Below, one piece after another: positions 20,917 to 30,935 of a DNA stretch of 64,000 nt. The notes beneath the pieces were generated by a model. It saw nothing but the letters and a program-made list of their open reading frames with translations, ran no database searches and was not told the DNA's origin. This stretch comes from Tagaea sp. (lineage in GTDB: Bacteria; Pseudomonadota; Alphaproteobacteria; CACIAM-22H2): assembly GCA_965228135.1 (NCBI GenBank), contig OZ245798.1:139496-203495 (forward strand), read 5' to 3'. Made by a program: the position numbers and the translations under genes. Each line of letters begins with the position of its first letter. Position 1 is the first letter of the stretch.

Positions 20917-22548
20917 ATGAAAAACGCGCCCAACGGGACTTTGACAGCCAACGTGAAGGCCTGCGCCGTGGCGGCAGGCGGAATTCTGGCCGATGCCAAG
21001 CGCGCGGTCGCAACGCGCGTCGCGGGCTTGAGCGGTGCGGCGCTCGATATCGAGCAGCGCGCGACGCATGGCCTCGCCTGGGTCGCGACCTATGCGACCG
21101 CGATCGACCAAGTCGTGCGCTATCTCGAAGCGCTCGAATCACCCGGCGAATTCGAGATCGATCTCGCTTGCGTGCTGCTCGGCGAATACATGGCCCAGCT
21201 CGCGGGCGGCATCCCGATGAGCCAGGGTGAAATCGTCCGCCCGGCCGATCTCGGTTTGACGCAGGCGCAGATCGCCGCGCGCTTGGCGCCTGTCGATGGA
21301 TTTCTCGCGCAGGCGAATACGCCGGCGCGGCGTGAGCGCATCGTGCAGGCGCTGGCGGCGGGGCAGTTGCCGCAAGACATGCTCGACGAAACCTTGCGCG
21401 CGATGCGCGACGAGATGCGCAAATTCGTCGCCGCCGAGATCGACGGCAAGGCGCAGCGCTGGCATCTCGACAACGCCTATATCCCGCTCGACACGATCGG
21501 CAAGATGGCGGCGTTGGGCGTGTTCGGCCTGACGCTGCCCGAAGCCTATGGTGGGCTGGGGCTTGGCAAAGAGTCGATGTGCGTCGTGTCCGAGGAACTG
21601 TCGCGCGGCTATATCGGCGTGGGTTCGCTCGGCACACGCTCGGAAATCGCCGGCGAGCTGATCCTGGGCTCGGGCACCGACGCGCAGAAGCAGCGCTTTC
21701 TGCCGGGGATTGCATCGGGCACGGTTTTGCCGACGGCCGTGTTCACCGAGCCCGATACCGGTTCCGACCTTGCGTCGATCCGCACGCGCGCGGTGCGCGA
21801 CGGCGACGTCTACAAGGTCTACGGCAACAAGACCTGGATCACGCATCCCGTGCGCGCCGATCTGATGACGCTGCTGGTGCGCACCGATCCCGCGTCCAAG
21901 GATCATCGCGGCTTGTCGATGCTGTTGGCCGAAAAGCCACGCGGGTCCGATTCCGATCCGTTTCCGGCTCCGGGCATGTCGGGCACGGAGATCGAAGTCC
22001 TCGGCTATCGCGGCATGAAGGAATACGAGATCGCCTTCGACGGGTTCGAAGTGAAGGCGGAGAATTTGCTCGGCGGTGTCGAAGGCGAAGGGTTCCGCCA
22101 GTTGATGCGCACCTTCGAAGCGGCGCGTATCCAAACGGCCGCGCGCGCGGTGGGCGTGGGGCAGGCGGCGCTGGACGCCGCACTTGGCTATGCGAATGCG
22201 CGCGCGCAGTTCGGGCGCAAGATCGCGGCGTTCCCGCGCGTCGCCGACAAGATCGCGATGATGGCGGCCGAACTGATGGCGGCACGCGCGCTGACCTATC
22301 ACGCCGCGCGCGAAAAGGATTCCGGGCGGCGCTGCGATTTGGAAGCGGGGATGGCGAAGCTGCTAGCCGCGCGCGTGGCTTGGGCCAACGCCGACAACGC
22401 CGTGCAGATCCATGGCGGCAACGGCTTCGCGCTGGAATTCTCGGTGTCGCGCCTGCTCTGCGACGCGCGCATCTTGAGCATTTTCGAAGGGGCCGCGGAG
22501 ATCCAGGCCCAGATCATCGCGCGCCGTCTGCTCGACGGCGCCAATTGA
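20917..22548 (+). CDS. mcd: (2S)-methylsuccinyl-CoA dehydrogenase (acyl-CoA dehydrogenase family)
   Basis: N-terminal extension with HGLAWVATY and GGIPMSQGE; FTEPDTGSDL, GYRGMKEY and FEGAAEIQ motifs. Confidence 0.8.
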   Translation: MKNAPNGTLTANVKACAVAAGGILADAKRAVATRVAGLSGAALDIEQRATHGLAWVATYATAIDQVVRYLEALESPGEFEIDLACVLLGEYMAQLAGGIPMSQGEIVRPADLGLTQAQIAARLAPVDGFLAQANTPARRERIVQALAAGQLPQDMLDETLRAMRDEMRKFVAAEIDGKAQRWHLDNAYIPLDTIGKMAALGVFGLTLPEAYGGLGLGKESMCVVSEELSRGYIGVGSLGTRSEIAGELILGSGTDAQKQRFLPGIASGTVLPTAVFTEPDTGSDLASIRTRAVRDGDVYKVYGNKTWITHPVRADLMTLLVRTDPASKDHRGLSMLLAEKPRGSDSDPFPAPGMSGTEIEVLGYRGMKEYEIAFDGFEVKAENLLGGVEGEGFRQLMRTFEAARIQTAARAVGVGQAALDAALGYANARAQFGRKIAAFPRVADKIAMMAAELMAARALTYHAAREKDSGRRCDLEAGMAKLLAARVAWANADNAVQIHGGNGFALEFSVSRLLCDARILSIFEGAAEIQAQIIARRLLDGAN

Positions 22549-23769
22549 TCACTTCTTGACGTCCGGTGCGGGCCCCAACGTCATCATCAGCATTTTGATC
22601 AACTCGTCCGTATCGGGCTCGGCCGGTGCGGCGGGCGGCGGCGGTTCGGTCTTCTTCGCCGCTGCCGCGACGGGTTCGATTTTTGGCGCCGGCGGTGGCG
22701 GCGATTCGGGCAATCTGAGCGTGACTTCCGCGGTACCTTCGGCGCGGCGCGCGCGGATCGCGCCATCGAGTTGCGCCAATGCCGCTTCCAGCCCTTTGCG
22801 GCGCTTGGCTTCCTTTTTGGCGCGGTCGCGTTGCTCGGCGAACAAACGCCAGATCGCGCGCGCGGCGATCGCCGACAGCGCCACGACGAACGCGATCGTC
22901 AGCGCCAGCAGCAGATCGAGCTTGGCGCCCAAATCGCGGGCCGCGCCGCGCAAGCCTTGCAGTTCGGCGTGCAAGCGGTCGGTCGACGTTTCGAAACGCG
23001 CGCTGATATCGCGGCCGCGCAGGCCCAGTTGCGCCGCCGCGTTGGCGTCTTCGAGCGAATTGAGCTCGCGCCAGCGCGCGATGAATTGGCCGAGCGTGGC
23101 ATCGATCCGGCGCACGATCGCGCGCGCTGCCGGCACGCTGGTTTCGGCGGTGTCGGCCAAATCGAGCGGCAGACGCATCGAAGCGGCCAGGCGGTCGGGG
23201 GCTTGCGCGTCGGGCGTCGCGGCGGCGATCGCCACGCGCGCTTGCGCCACTGCCGCGGCGAGGCCGGCGAGGCCGCTGCGTTCGAAACGCGTGGCGTAGA
23301 GTGCGATATCGGCATCGATCCGTTCGCCCAATTCGTGCAATTCCGTTCCCGCCAATACGCGCCGTCGCGCGGCGCGGTTGAGGGCGCCGGTCGCGGCATC
23401 GGCATAGGCGGCGACGCCGGCCTCGAGCGCGCGCAACTCGGGCTCGCCCAGCAGGGCGGCGACCTTGGTGCGCGTTGCGGCGAGCAATTCGTTCGCGGCG
23501 CGCAACTCGGCGGGATCGTCGATGCGCAAATAGGCTTGGACCGAACGCCGGGCGAGGGAGAAATCGACCTCCGCATCCTGCATGTTCAGCAGCAAGGTGG
23601 CGAGGCGCGACTGCGTCTCGGCGCGGCTGCGTTCGACTTGGCCGGCGAAATAGAAAATCCCGGACGCGATCAAAGGAAACAGCGCGAGCCCGGTCAGGCA
23701 CAGCCATAGGAGATTTGCAGGCTGACCCGCTTGCCGCGCGAGGTCGCGCGCTTTCCCGACGATTCCCAT
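22549..23769 (-). CDS. Hypothetical two-TM membrane protein with a helical periplasmic domain
   Basis: Fills the gap between neighbours; two hydrophobic segments and a Pro-rich tail. Confidence 0.65.
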   Translation of the reverse strand: MGIVGKARDLARQAGQPANLLWLCLTGLALFPLIASGIFYFAGQVERSRAETQSRLATLLLNMQDAEVDFSLARRSVQAYLRIDDPAELRAANELLAATRTKVAALLGEPELRALEAGVAAYADAATGALNRAARRRVLAGTELHELGERIDADIALYATRFERSGLAGLAAAVAQARVAIAAATPDAQAPDRLAASMRLPLDLADTAETSVPAARAIVRRIDATLGQFIARWRELNSLEDANAAAQLGLRGRDISARFETSTDRLHAELQGLRGAARDLGAKLDLLLALTIAFVVALSAIAARAIWRLFAEQRDRAKKEAKRRKGLEAALAQLDGAIRARRAEGTAEVTLRLPESPPPPAPKIEPVAAAAKKTEPPPPAAPAEPDTDELIKMLMMTLGPAPDVKK

Positions 23770-23778
23770 GACGGGAGT

Positions 23779-24894
23779 TTATCGGTTTTCGATGCGCTGG
23801 CTATTCGTCCGCAAGCCCGGCACGCCGATATCGGCGTGGCCGCCGAAAATCGCGGGATCGACGCCGTGGCGTTCGTAGAGCGGCGCCATTTCCGGGGCCG
23901 CCAGGAACACGAATTCGCCGTCGCGCCAAAATTCGCGGCCGTCGAAGGCGATCGTGGGATCGAAGACTTGGCCGCAAATCTCGCCGGGGCCGCGTCCGCA
24001 CATATGGAAATGGGCGTAGCGCGGGCTGCCGAACGCGACCGAGGCCCAGCGATGGATGTCGTCCAGCGCCTTGCCCCGGAACGTCGTGCCGGGATTGATG
24101 CCCGCGTGCCAGGAATCGACCGTCAGCGGATCGACGCCGAAATGCGCGCCCACGCGCGCGAAATGGCGTTCGATGCGTTCCGATTGATCGCCGCCGAATT
24201 TGGCGATGGCGCCGTTGGCGACCGTCAGTTCGACCGTGCCGTCGAGCGGTTGCACGTCGTCGGGATAGGGATGGGTGTAGGTCGAAGTGAGCGCGTGGGT
24301 GAGGGCGAGCGTGCCGCTGGCCGCGCGCGCGGACAAAGCCGGGAAGATCATCACCGGGAAATTCAGCACGGTGAAATTCGCGAAGCGCGAGACGTCGAGC
24401 CCGTCGGCGAAATCGAATTCGATCGCGCTGCCGGCGGGGCAGGCGAGGGTCGCTTTGCGCGAACCCGCGATCGCATTCAGAAACGCTTGATGCGCTTCTT
24501 TCTGGAAACCATAGGGCACGCGCGCGAAGGGCGTTTCCAGATCGGCGGCGTCGAGCAGATAGCACATCGTGCGCGACGCTTTGCCCGCAAGCTTCTTGAA
24601 GCGGATGCGGTCGCCCAAGCGCGACAGGAATATCGCGTGATCGGCGTCGGTCAACGCCCGCGATACGTTTTCCGGCATGGCGTCGGGATCGGCATCGGGT
24701 GCGGTCTCGAGGATCCGGGGTTTGGCGCCGCGCGCCGCGATAGCCGCGATCAGCCAGGGCGCGACGCGCGGATCGTAATGACGTTCGCTCGCCGGCTCGA
24801 CCAGCACGGCGACATCCTCGCCCGGCGCCACGCCCAGTGTCGCCCCGAGAAGATTCTCGAGCGCTTCGGCGGCGAGGGCGGGAATTGGCGTCAT
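23779..24894 (-). CDS. Hypothetical protein, possibly aminopeptidase T (M29)/NicX-like fold
   Basis: GEDVAVLVE N-domain, ELTVANG, WHAGINP and HFHMCG segments. Confidence 0.55.
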   Translation of the reverse strand: MTPIPALAAEALENLLGATLGVAPGEDVAVLVEPASERHYDPRVAPWLIAAIAARGAKPRILETAPDADPDAMPENVSRALTDADHAIFLSRLGDRIRFKKLAGKASRTMCYLLDAADLETPFARVPYGFQKEAHQAFLNAIAGSRKATLACPAGSAIEFDFADGLDVSRFANFTVLNFPVMIFPALSARAASGTLALTHALTSTYTHPYPDDVQPLDGTVELTVANGAIAKFGGDQSERIERHFARVGAHFGVDPLTVDSWHAGINPGTTFRGKALDDIHRWASVAFGSPRYAHFHMCGRGPGEICGQVFDPTIAFDGREFWRDGEFVFLAAPEMAPLYERHGVDPAIFGGHADIGVPGLRTNSQRIENR

Positions 24895-25287
24895 GGAAAA
24901 ACTATAACGGCGCCCGCGCGTCGGACCGGATGATAAATTTTCGGGGATCCATTCGAATTGGCTGCCCCCAGCGTTTAGGAAAACTAACAAACGCCTTTAT
25001 GGACTCTAATTAAGCCGATGATTTTACTGGTTTAACGGTATCTTTTTCGGCGTATGTACAGGCCGGAGCCGTTTTGATTATGTTGCATCGCAACGTATAA
25101 CTCGCGGAAATAAAACGATAAATAGCCGCTGCCCAAAGCGTCGGCAGCTTGACAGGTGAGCGGTTCGAATTTACCCATTAGAGCATCGCGGGGATTCTCC
25201 GAAAGCCTTCGGAAAAAGACACGGAAAATCCGCCGCCGGCGTCCCTCGTTGAGGGCTAGCGAACGAAAAGGGAGCTCGACCCTTCAT

Positions 25288-28200
25288 ATGAATATGCAGC
25301 TTTCCAGGCGCGCTTTCCTGGGGAGGACCGGTGCTGGTATCGCCGGAACCGCCCTCGGTGCGCTCGGCTTCGGAGAGGTGGAGTCTGCTTACGCGCAGGC
25401 CGTCCGCCCCTTCAAGCTCGCGCGCACCACGGAGACGCGCAACACCTGCACCTACTGCTCGGTAGCGTGCGGGATCATCATGTATTCGATGGGCGACGGC
25501 TCCAAAAACGCCAAGTCGGCCGTCATTCATATCGAAGGCGACCCCGACCATCCGGTCAATCGCGGCACGTTGTGCCCGAAGGGTGCCGCCCTTCTCGATT
25601 ACGTCCATTCGGAAACGCGTCTCAAATATCCGATGTACCGGAAGCCCGGCTCGGACAAGTTCGAGCGCGTGACCTGGGACTTCGCGCTGGATCGCATCGC
25701 GAGCCTGATGAAGGCGGACCGCGACGCCAACTTCATCGAGAAGAACAACGACGGCCAGACCGTGAACCGGTGGACGACCACCGGCTTCCTGGCCGCTTCC
25801 GCAACGACGAACGAAACGGCGTTCGCGACCTACAAGGTCGTGCGCAGTTCCGGCATGGTGGTGTTCGACAACCAAGCGCGCGTTTGACACGGTCCTACGG
25901 TGTCCAGTTTGGGCCCAACATTTGGCCGTGGCGCGATGACGAATGGTTGGAACGATATCAAGAACACCGATCTCGTCGTAATCATGGGCGGTAACGCCGC
26001 CGAGGCTCACCCGTGCGGTTTCAAATGGGTGACCGAGGCGAAGGCGCACCGCGGTGCGAAGCTCGTCGTCGTCGATCCGCGTTTCACGCGCTCGGCGTCG
26101 GTGGCCGACTATTACGCGCCGATCCGCCAGGGAACCGACATCGCGTTCCTGATGGGCGTGATCAACTACTGCATCCAGAACGACAAGGTGCAGTGGGACT
26201 ACGTCAAGGCGTTCACGAACGCGTCGTATGTCGTGAAGGAAGGGTTCGAGTATTCGGACGGCCTGTTCACGGGCTACGACGAATCGCGGCGCGACTACAA
26301 CCGTTCGACTTGGGACTACGAGTTCGGGGCGGACGGTTTCGCGGTCGTCGACGAGACGCTGCAGAACCCGCGCTGCGTGTGGAACCTGCTCAAGAAGCAT
26401 GTCGCGACCTATACGCCCGAGATGGTCGAGCGTATTTGCGGCACGCCGAAGGACAAGTTCGTCACCGTCGCGAAGATGATCTCGGAGACGTCGGCCAAAG
26501 ATAAGGTCATGACGTCGATGTACGCGCTCGGCTGGACCCAGCACTCGAAGGGGTCCCAGAACATCCGCGGCATGGCCATGCTGCAGCTGATTCTGGGCAA
26601 CATCGGCGTGCGCGGGGGCGGCATGAACGCGCTTCGCGGCCACTCGAACATCCAAGGTCTGACCGATATCGGTCTGATGTCGAACCTGATTCCGGGCTAT
26701 CTCACGCTGCCCACGGATCGCGAGGCCGACATCAATTCCTATATGTCGACCCGCGGGTTCAAGCCCCAGCGACCGGGGCAGATGAGCTTCTGGCAGAACT
26801 ACAAGAAGTTCTTCGTGTCCTTCCAGAAGTCGATGTTCGGCGCCGCGGCGACCAAGGACAACGACTTCGCCTACGACTACCTGCCCAAGCTCGACGTGCC
26901 GTCCTACGACGTGCTGCGCGCGTTCGAGTTGATGCACCAGGGCAAGATGAACGGGTATTTCTGCCAGGGCTTCAACCCGCTGATGTCCTTCCCGAACAAG
27001 CGGAAGCTCACGGCGGCGTTGTCCAAGCTGAAATTCCTGGTTGTCTTCGATCCGTTGGAAACCGAAACGGCGCGGTTCTGGGAGAACCACGGCGAGTTCA
27101 ACGACGTCAATCCGGCGTCGATCCAGACGGAAGTGATCCAGCTGCCGACCACCTGCTTCGCCGAGGACGAAGGGTCGCTGACCAATTCGTCGCGGTGGCT
27201 GCAGTGGCACTGGCCCGCGGCGGAGCCGCCGGGCGAGGCCAAGACGGACATCTGGATCATGGCCCAGCTGCATCTGAAGCTGAAGGCGCTGTACAAGAAG
27301 GACGGGGGCAAGTTCCCCGACCCGATCGTCAACCTGCACTGGCCCTACCGCCTGCCGAACGATCCGCAGCCGGAGGAAATCGCGCGCGAACTCAACGGCT
27401 ATGTCGTCGAGAACGTGCCCGATCCGAACGACGCGACGAAGCTCGTCCTCGAAAAGGGCAAGCAGGTTCCGACGTTCGGCGTCCTTCGCGACGACGGAAC
27501 GACGGCGTGCGGCTGCTGGATCTACGCGGGCTGCTTCACCGAGGCCGGCAATATGATGGCCCGGCGCGGCACGGCCGATCCCGGCGAAACGGGCGCCTAT
27601 TCGAATTGGGCGTTCTCGTGGCCGGCGAACCGTCGGATCCTCTACAACCGCGCTTCGGCGGACATCAACGGCAAGCCGTGGGATGAAAGCCGCAAGCTGA
27701 TCTGGTGGAACGGCACGAATTGGGGCGGTTTCGACATCCCCGACATCGCGCCGACGGCCAAGCCCCAGGATGTGGGCCCGTTCATCATGAATCCGGAAGG
27801 CGTTTCGCGCCTGTTCACCCGGGGCATGATGCGCGAAGGCCCGTTCCCGGTGCACTACGAGCCGTTCGAATCCCCGATCGCCAATCCGATCGCCCCGAAG
27901 ATCCAGGGCAATCCGGTGGCGCGCGTGTTCCGCGGGGATATGGAACAGTTCGGCGATTCGAAGGAGTTCCCGTACGCGGCGACCTCCTATCGTCTCACCG
28001 AGCATTTCCACTTCTGGACCAAACACGTCTGGGTCAACGCCGTCCTGCAGCCCGAATTCTTCGTCGAGATCTCGGAAGAGCTCGCGAAGGAAAAGAAGAT
28101 CGCGTCGGGCGGTTGGGTGCGCGTGTGGTCCAAACGCGGGTCCGTGAAGGCGAAGGCCGTGGTCACGAAACGCATCCGTCCGCTCGTCTGCGACGGGAAG

Positions 28201-28368
28201 ACGGTGCATATCGTGGGCATTCCCATTCACTGGGGCTTCACGGGTGCGACGAAGAAGGGGTTCGGCGCGAATATGCTGACTCCCTTCGTGGGCGACGCGA
28301 ACATCGAAACGCCGGAATACAAGGCGTTCCTTGTCGACGTCGAACCCATCGCCGGCGCTCAGGTCTAA
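25288..28368 (+). CDS. fdnG: Formate dehydrogenase-N alpha subunit, selenocysteine-containing (UGA at 25885-25887), Tat-exported
   Basis: Two in-frame ORFs join as DNQARV-U-HGPTV; SRRAFL Tat motif; CTYCSVAC...CPKG Fe-S motif; [10 protein letters not shown]. Confidence 0.95.
25888..25930 (+). promoter_or_regulatory. Bacterial SECIS element
   Basis: Directly 3' of the UGA; apical hairpin GTCCA-GTT-TGGGC (25902-25914) placed like the E. coli fdnG SECIS; unusual codons for this gene (AGT, TTG, ACA, TTT). Confidence 0.75.
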
Positions 28369-28381
28369 GGGAGGGAAGATC

Positions 28382-29284
28382 ATGGCATCGCTTCAATCCC
28401 AGGACATCGTCCGCCGCTCGGCCACGACGTTCACCCCGCCCGCGGCACGCCACCAGATCAAGGTCGCCAAGCTCATCGATGTATCCAAATGCATCGGGTG
28501 CAAGGCGTGCCAGGCGGCGTGCCTCGAATGGAACAATCTGCGCGAAGACGTCGGCGTCAACGTGGGGCAGTATCAAAACCCCCACGATCTGACCGCCAAC
28601 TCCTGGACGCTGATGCGTTTCACGGAATGGGTGAACCCGGAAACCGACAACCTCGAATGGCTGATCCGCAAGGACGGCTGCATGCACTGCGAGGATCCGG
28701 GCTGCCTCAAAGCCTGCCCCTCGCCGGGCGCCATCGTTCAGTACTCGAACGGAATCGTCGATTTCGTTTCCGAGAACTGCATCGGTTGCGGCTACTGCAT
28801 CAAGGGCTGCCCGTTCAACATCCCGCGCATCTCGAAAACCGACAGCAAGGCGTATAAGTGCACGCTTTGCGTCGATCGCGTGTCCGTCGGTCAGGCGCCG
28901 GCTTGCGCCAAATCCTGCCCGACGCAGGCGATCGTGTTCGGCACCAAGGAAGCGATGCTCGAACACGCCGCCGGTCGCGTGACCGATCTCAAGTCGCGCG
29001 GCTACAAGAACGCGGGCATCTACGACCCGCCGGGTGTGGGCGGCACGCATGTGCTGTACGTGCTGCATCACGTCGACAAGCCGCAGATTTACGCGAACCT
29101 GCCCAACAATCCGGCGATCAGCCCGATCGTCGGCTTGTGGAAGGGGACCGTGAAATATGCCGGCATGGCAGCGCTCGGCCTGATGGCCGTGTTCGGGTTC
29201 ATGCACCACGTCGTCGCCGGACCCAACGAGGTCTCGGAAGAGGACGAGGAGAACGCGAAGAAGTTGAAGGATGCCGCCGAATGA
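28382..29284 (+). CDS. fdnH: Formate dehydrogenase-N beta (Fe-S) subunit
   Basis: [23 protein letters not shown] and KCTLC motifs; C-terminal TM; GGGAGGG RBS. Confidence 0.95.
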   Translation: MASLQSQDIVRRSATTFTPPAARHQIKVAKLIDVSKCIGCKACQAACLEWNNLREDVGVNVGQYQNPHDLTANSWTLMRFTEWVNPETDNLEWLIRKDGCMHCEDPGCLKACPSPGAIVQYSNGIVDFVSENCIGCGYCIKGCPFNIPRISKTDSKAYKCTLCVDRVSVGQAPACAKSCPTQAIVFGTKEAMLEHAAGRVTDLKSRGYKNAGIYDPPGVGGTHVLYVLHHVDKPQIYANLPNNPAISPIVGLWKGTVKYAGMAALGLMAVFGFMHHVVAGPNEVSEEDEENAKKLKDAAE

Positions 29285-29940
29285 GCACGACCCATAACGA
29301 GAAATCGTCGACGGTCCAACGCTACTCGGCGGCCGCACGGGTGAATCACTGGATTACGGCGGGGAGCCTCGTGCTCCTCGCCATTTCCGGCCTCGCCTTG
29401 TTTCATCCCAGCCTGTTTTTCCTGACCGCCTTCTTCGGCGGCGGGGAAACCACGCGCGCGCTCCATCCGTGGATCGGCGTCGTGTTGTTCTTCAGCTTCC
29501 TCGGGTTGTTCTTCCGCTTCTGGCGCGCGAATCTCTGGAACCGCACCGATAACGTGTGGATGTCCAAGCTTCGCGACGTGCTGGCGGGCAACGAAGAGAA
29601 CATGCCCGAGATCGGCAAGTACAACGCCGGTCAGAAGCTGGTGTTCTGGTTCATGTCGGCGCTGATCTTGATCCTGATCACCAGCGGCGTCGTGGTGTGG
29701 GACGAGTATTTCTATCAATACACGTCGATCGACCAGAAGCGTTACGCCATCCTGGTCCACTCGCTGGGGGCGATCGCCGCCATCTCGGTCTGGATCGTCC
29801 ATGTTTATGCGGCGATCTGGGTCAAGGGCACGATCCGCGCGATGACGCGCGGCTCGGTGACCGGCGGTTGGGCGTGGCGCCACCATCGCAAATGGTTGCG
29901 CGAATTGGTGGCCGGCAAGGCGACGGGCGCGGGCAAGTAG
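29281..29940 (+). CDS. fdnI: Formate dehydrogenase gamma subunit (cytochrome b556)
   Basis: [25 protein letters not shown] and WAWRHH motifs. Confidence 0.93.
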   Translation: MSTTHNEKSSTVQRYSAAARVNHWITAGSLVLLAISGLALFHPSLFFLTAFFGGGETTRALHPWIGVVLFFSFLGLFFRFWRANLWNRTDNVWMSKLRDVLAGNEENMPEIGKYNAGQKLVFWFMSALILILITSGVVVWDEYFYQYTSIDQKRYAILVHSLGAIAAISVWIVHVYAAIWVKGTIRAMTRGSVTGGWAWRHHRKWLRELVAGKATGAGK

Positions 29941-30016
29941 AAAAATCCCGCACACGCGCTAGTATGGTATGCGTACGGGTTCCCCGGTTCCGGGGACCCG
30001 AAATCGAGGGCTCGAA

Positions 30017-30934
30017 ATGGCGAAAGGCGGCAATCCTCTTCACGATTCGGTACCGATCGGGGAGGAGGCAAAACCGCCTTTCGCGATACTGCCGGACCCG
30101 GCGGCGATGTTCGCCGCCCGGGCCGCGCGGTTCCGGGCCTTGGCGGACGGGCACGAGCTCGGACCCTATCTTCTCTTCCTCGCCGGCATCGCCGACATCC
30201 AGAACGCCCTGATCGGCGATCTGCCCGCAGTCGCGCGTCCGTCCGCCGAGGCGTTGGAACGCGCCGCATCGTTCGGCATGCCGCCGCTGGACCGCAACGC
30301 GTTCGCCTATGACGAGACCTTCAAGGCGACTTTCGCCAAGCTGCTGGCCGCATCGGCAGCACTCGACATGCCGCAGGCCGCGCGCGACGCGCTGGATCGG
30401 CTGGCCGCCGCCGACGATGCGCGGCGCGAAGAACTCGCCCGCGCCATGCTGGCCGATTCCGCCGAGGTCGAATTCCTCGCCGATCACATTTTCGTCGCGG
30501 CCGCGTTGCAGGTGCATTTGGCGCGCCTGGCCGCCACACTCGACGCCGACAAGCTGGTCGAAATCGGCCCCGGCGCTTGCCCGTCCTGCGGCGGGCCGCC
30601 GGTTTCCACGATGGTCGTCGGCTGGGTCGGTTCGCATGGCAGCCGCTTCTGCGTATGCGCGCATTGCGCGACCAAGTGGAACTATGTCCGCATCAAGTGC
30701 ACGCTGTGCGGCGAGACCAAGGGCATCGAGTATCACGAGGTCGATGGCTCGGGCGGCGCGGTGAAAGCCGAATCTTGCGCGTCGTGCGGCGGCTATGTGA
30801 AGGCGCTGCAACAGATCAAGCATCACGACGTCGATCCGGTCGCCGACGACGTGGCCTCGCTCGCCCTCGACATCTTGATGCGCGAAGAAGGCCGACGACG
30901 CGGTGCCGTGAACCCCTACCTGTTCGGCTACTGA
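30017..30934 (+). CDS. fdhE: Formate dehydrogenase accessory protein FdhE
   Basis: CPSCG, CAHC, CTLC and CASC motifs; ADDVASLALD; NPYL. Confidence 0.92.
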   Translation: MAKGGNPLHDSVPIGEEAKPPFAILPDPAAMFAARAARFRALADGHELGPYLLFLAGIADIQNALIGDLPAVARPSAEALERAASFGMPPLDRNAFAYDETFKATFAKLLAASAALDMPQAARDALDRLAAADDARREELARAMLADSAEVEFLADHIFVAAALQVHLARLAATLDADKLVEIGPGACPSCGGPPVSTMVVGWVGSHGSRFCVCAHCATKWNYVRIKCTLCGETKGIEYHEVDGSGGAVKAESCASCGGYVKALQQIKHHDVDPVADDVASLALDILMREEGRRRGAVNPYLFGY

Positions 30935-30935
30935 C

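Noticed and set aside
25074-25087. FNR/FixK box upstream of fdnG
   Set aside because: Only the TTGAT half-site is present; the second half (TTGCA) does not match ATCAA.
25156-28368. fdnG as a split gene or pseudogene
   Set aside because: The UGA is at the catalytic Sec position, with a SECIS-like hairpin and selABCD in the same operon.
25171-28383. 1070-aa minus-strand ORF
   Set aside because: Antisense shadow of fdnG, expected from high-GC codon bias; no recognisable motifs.
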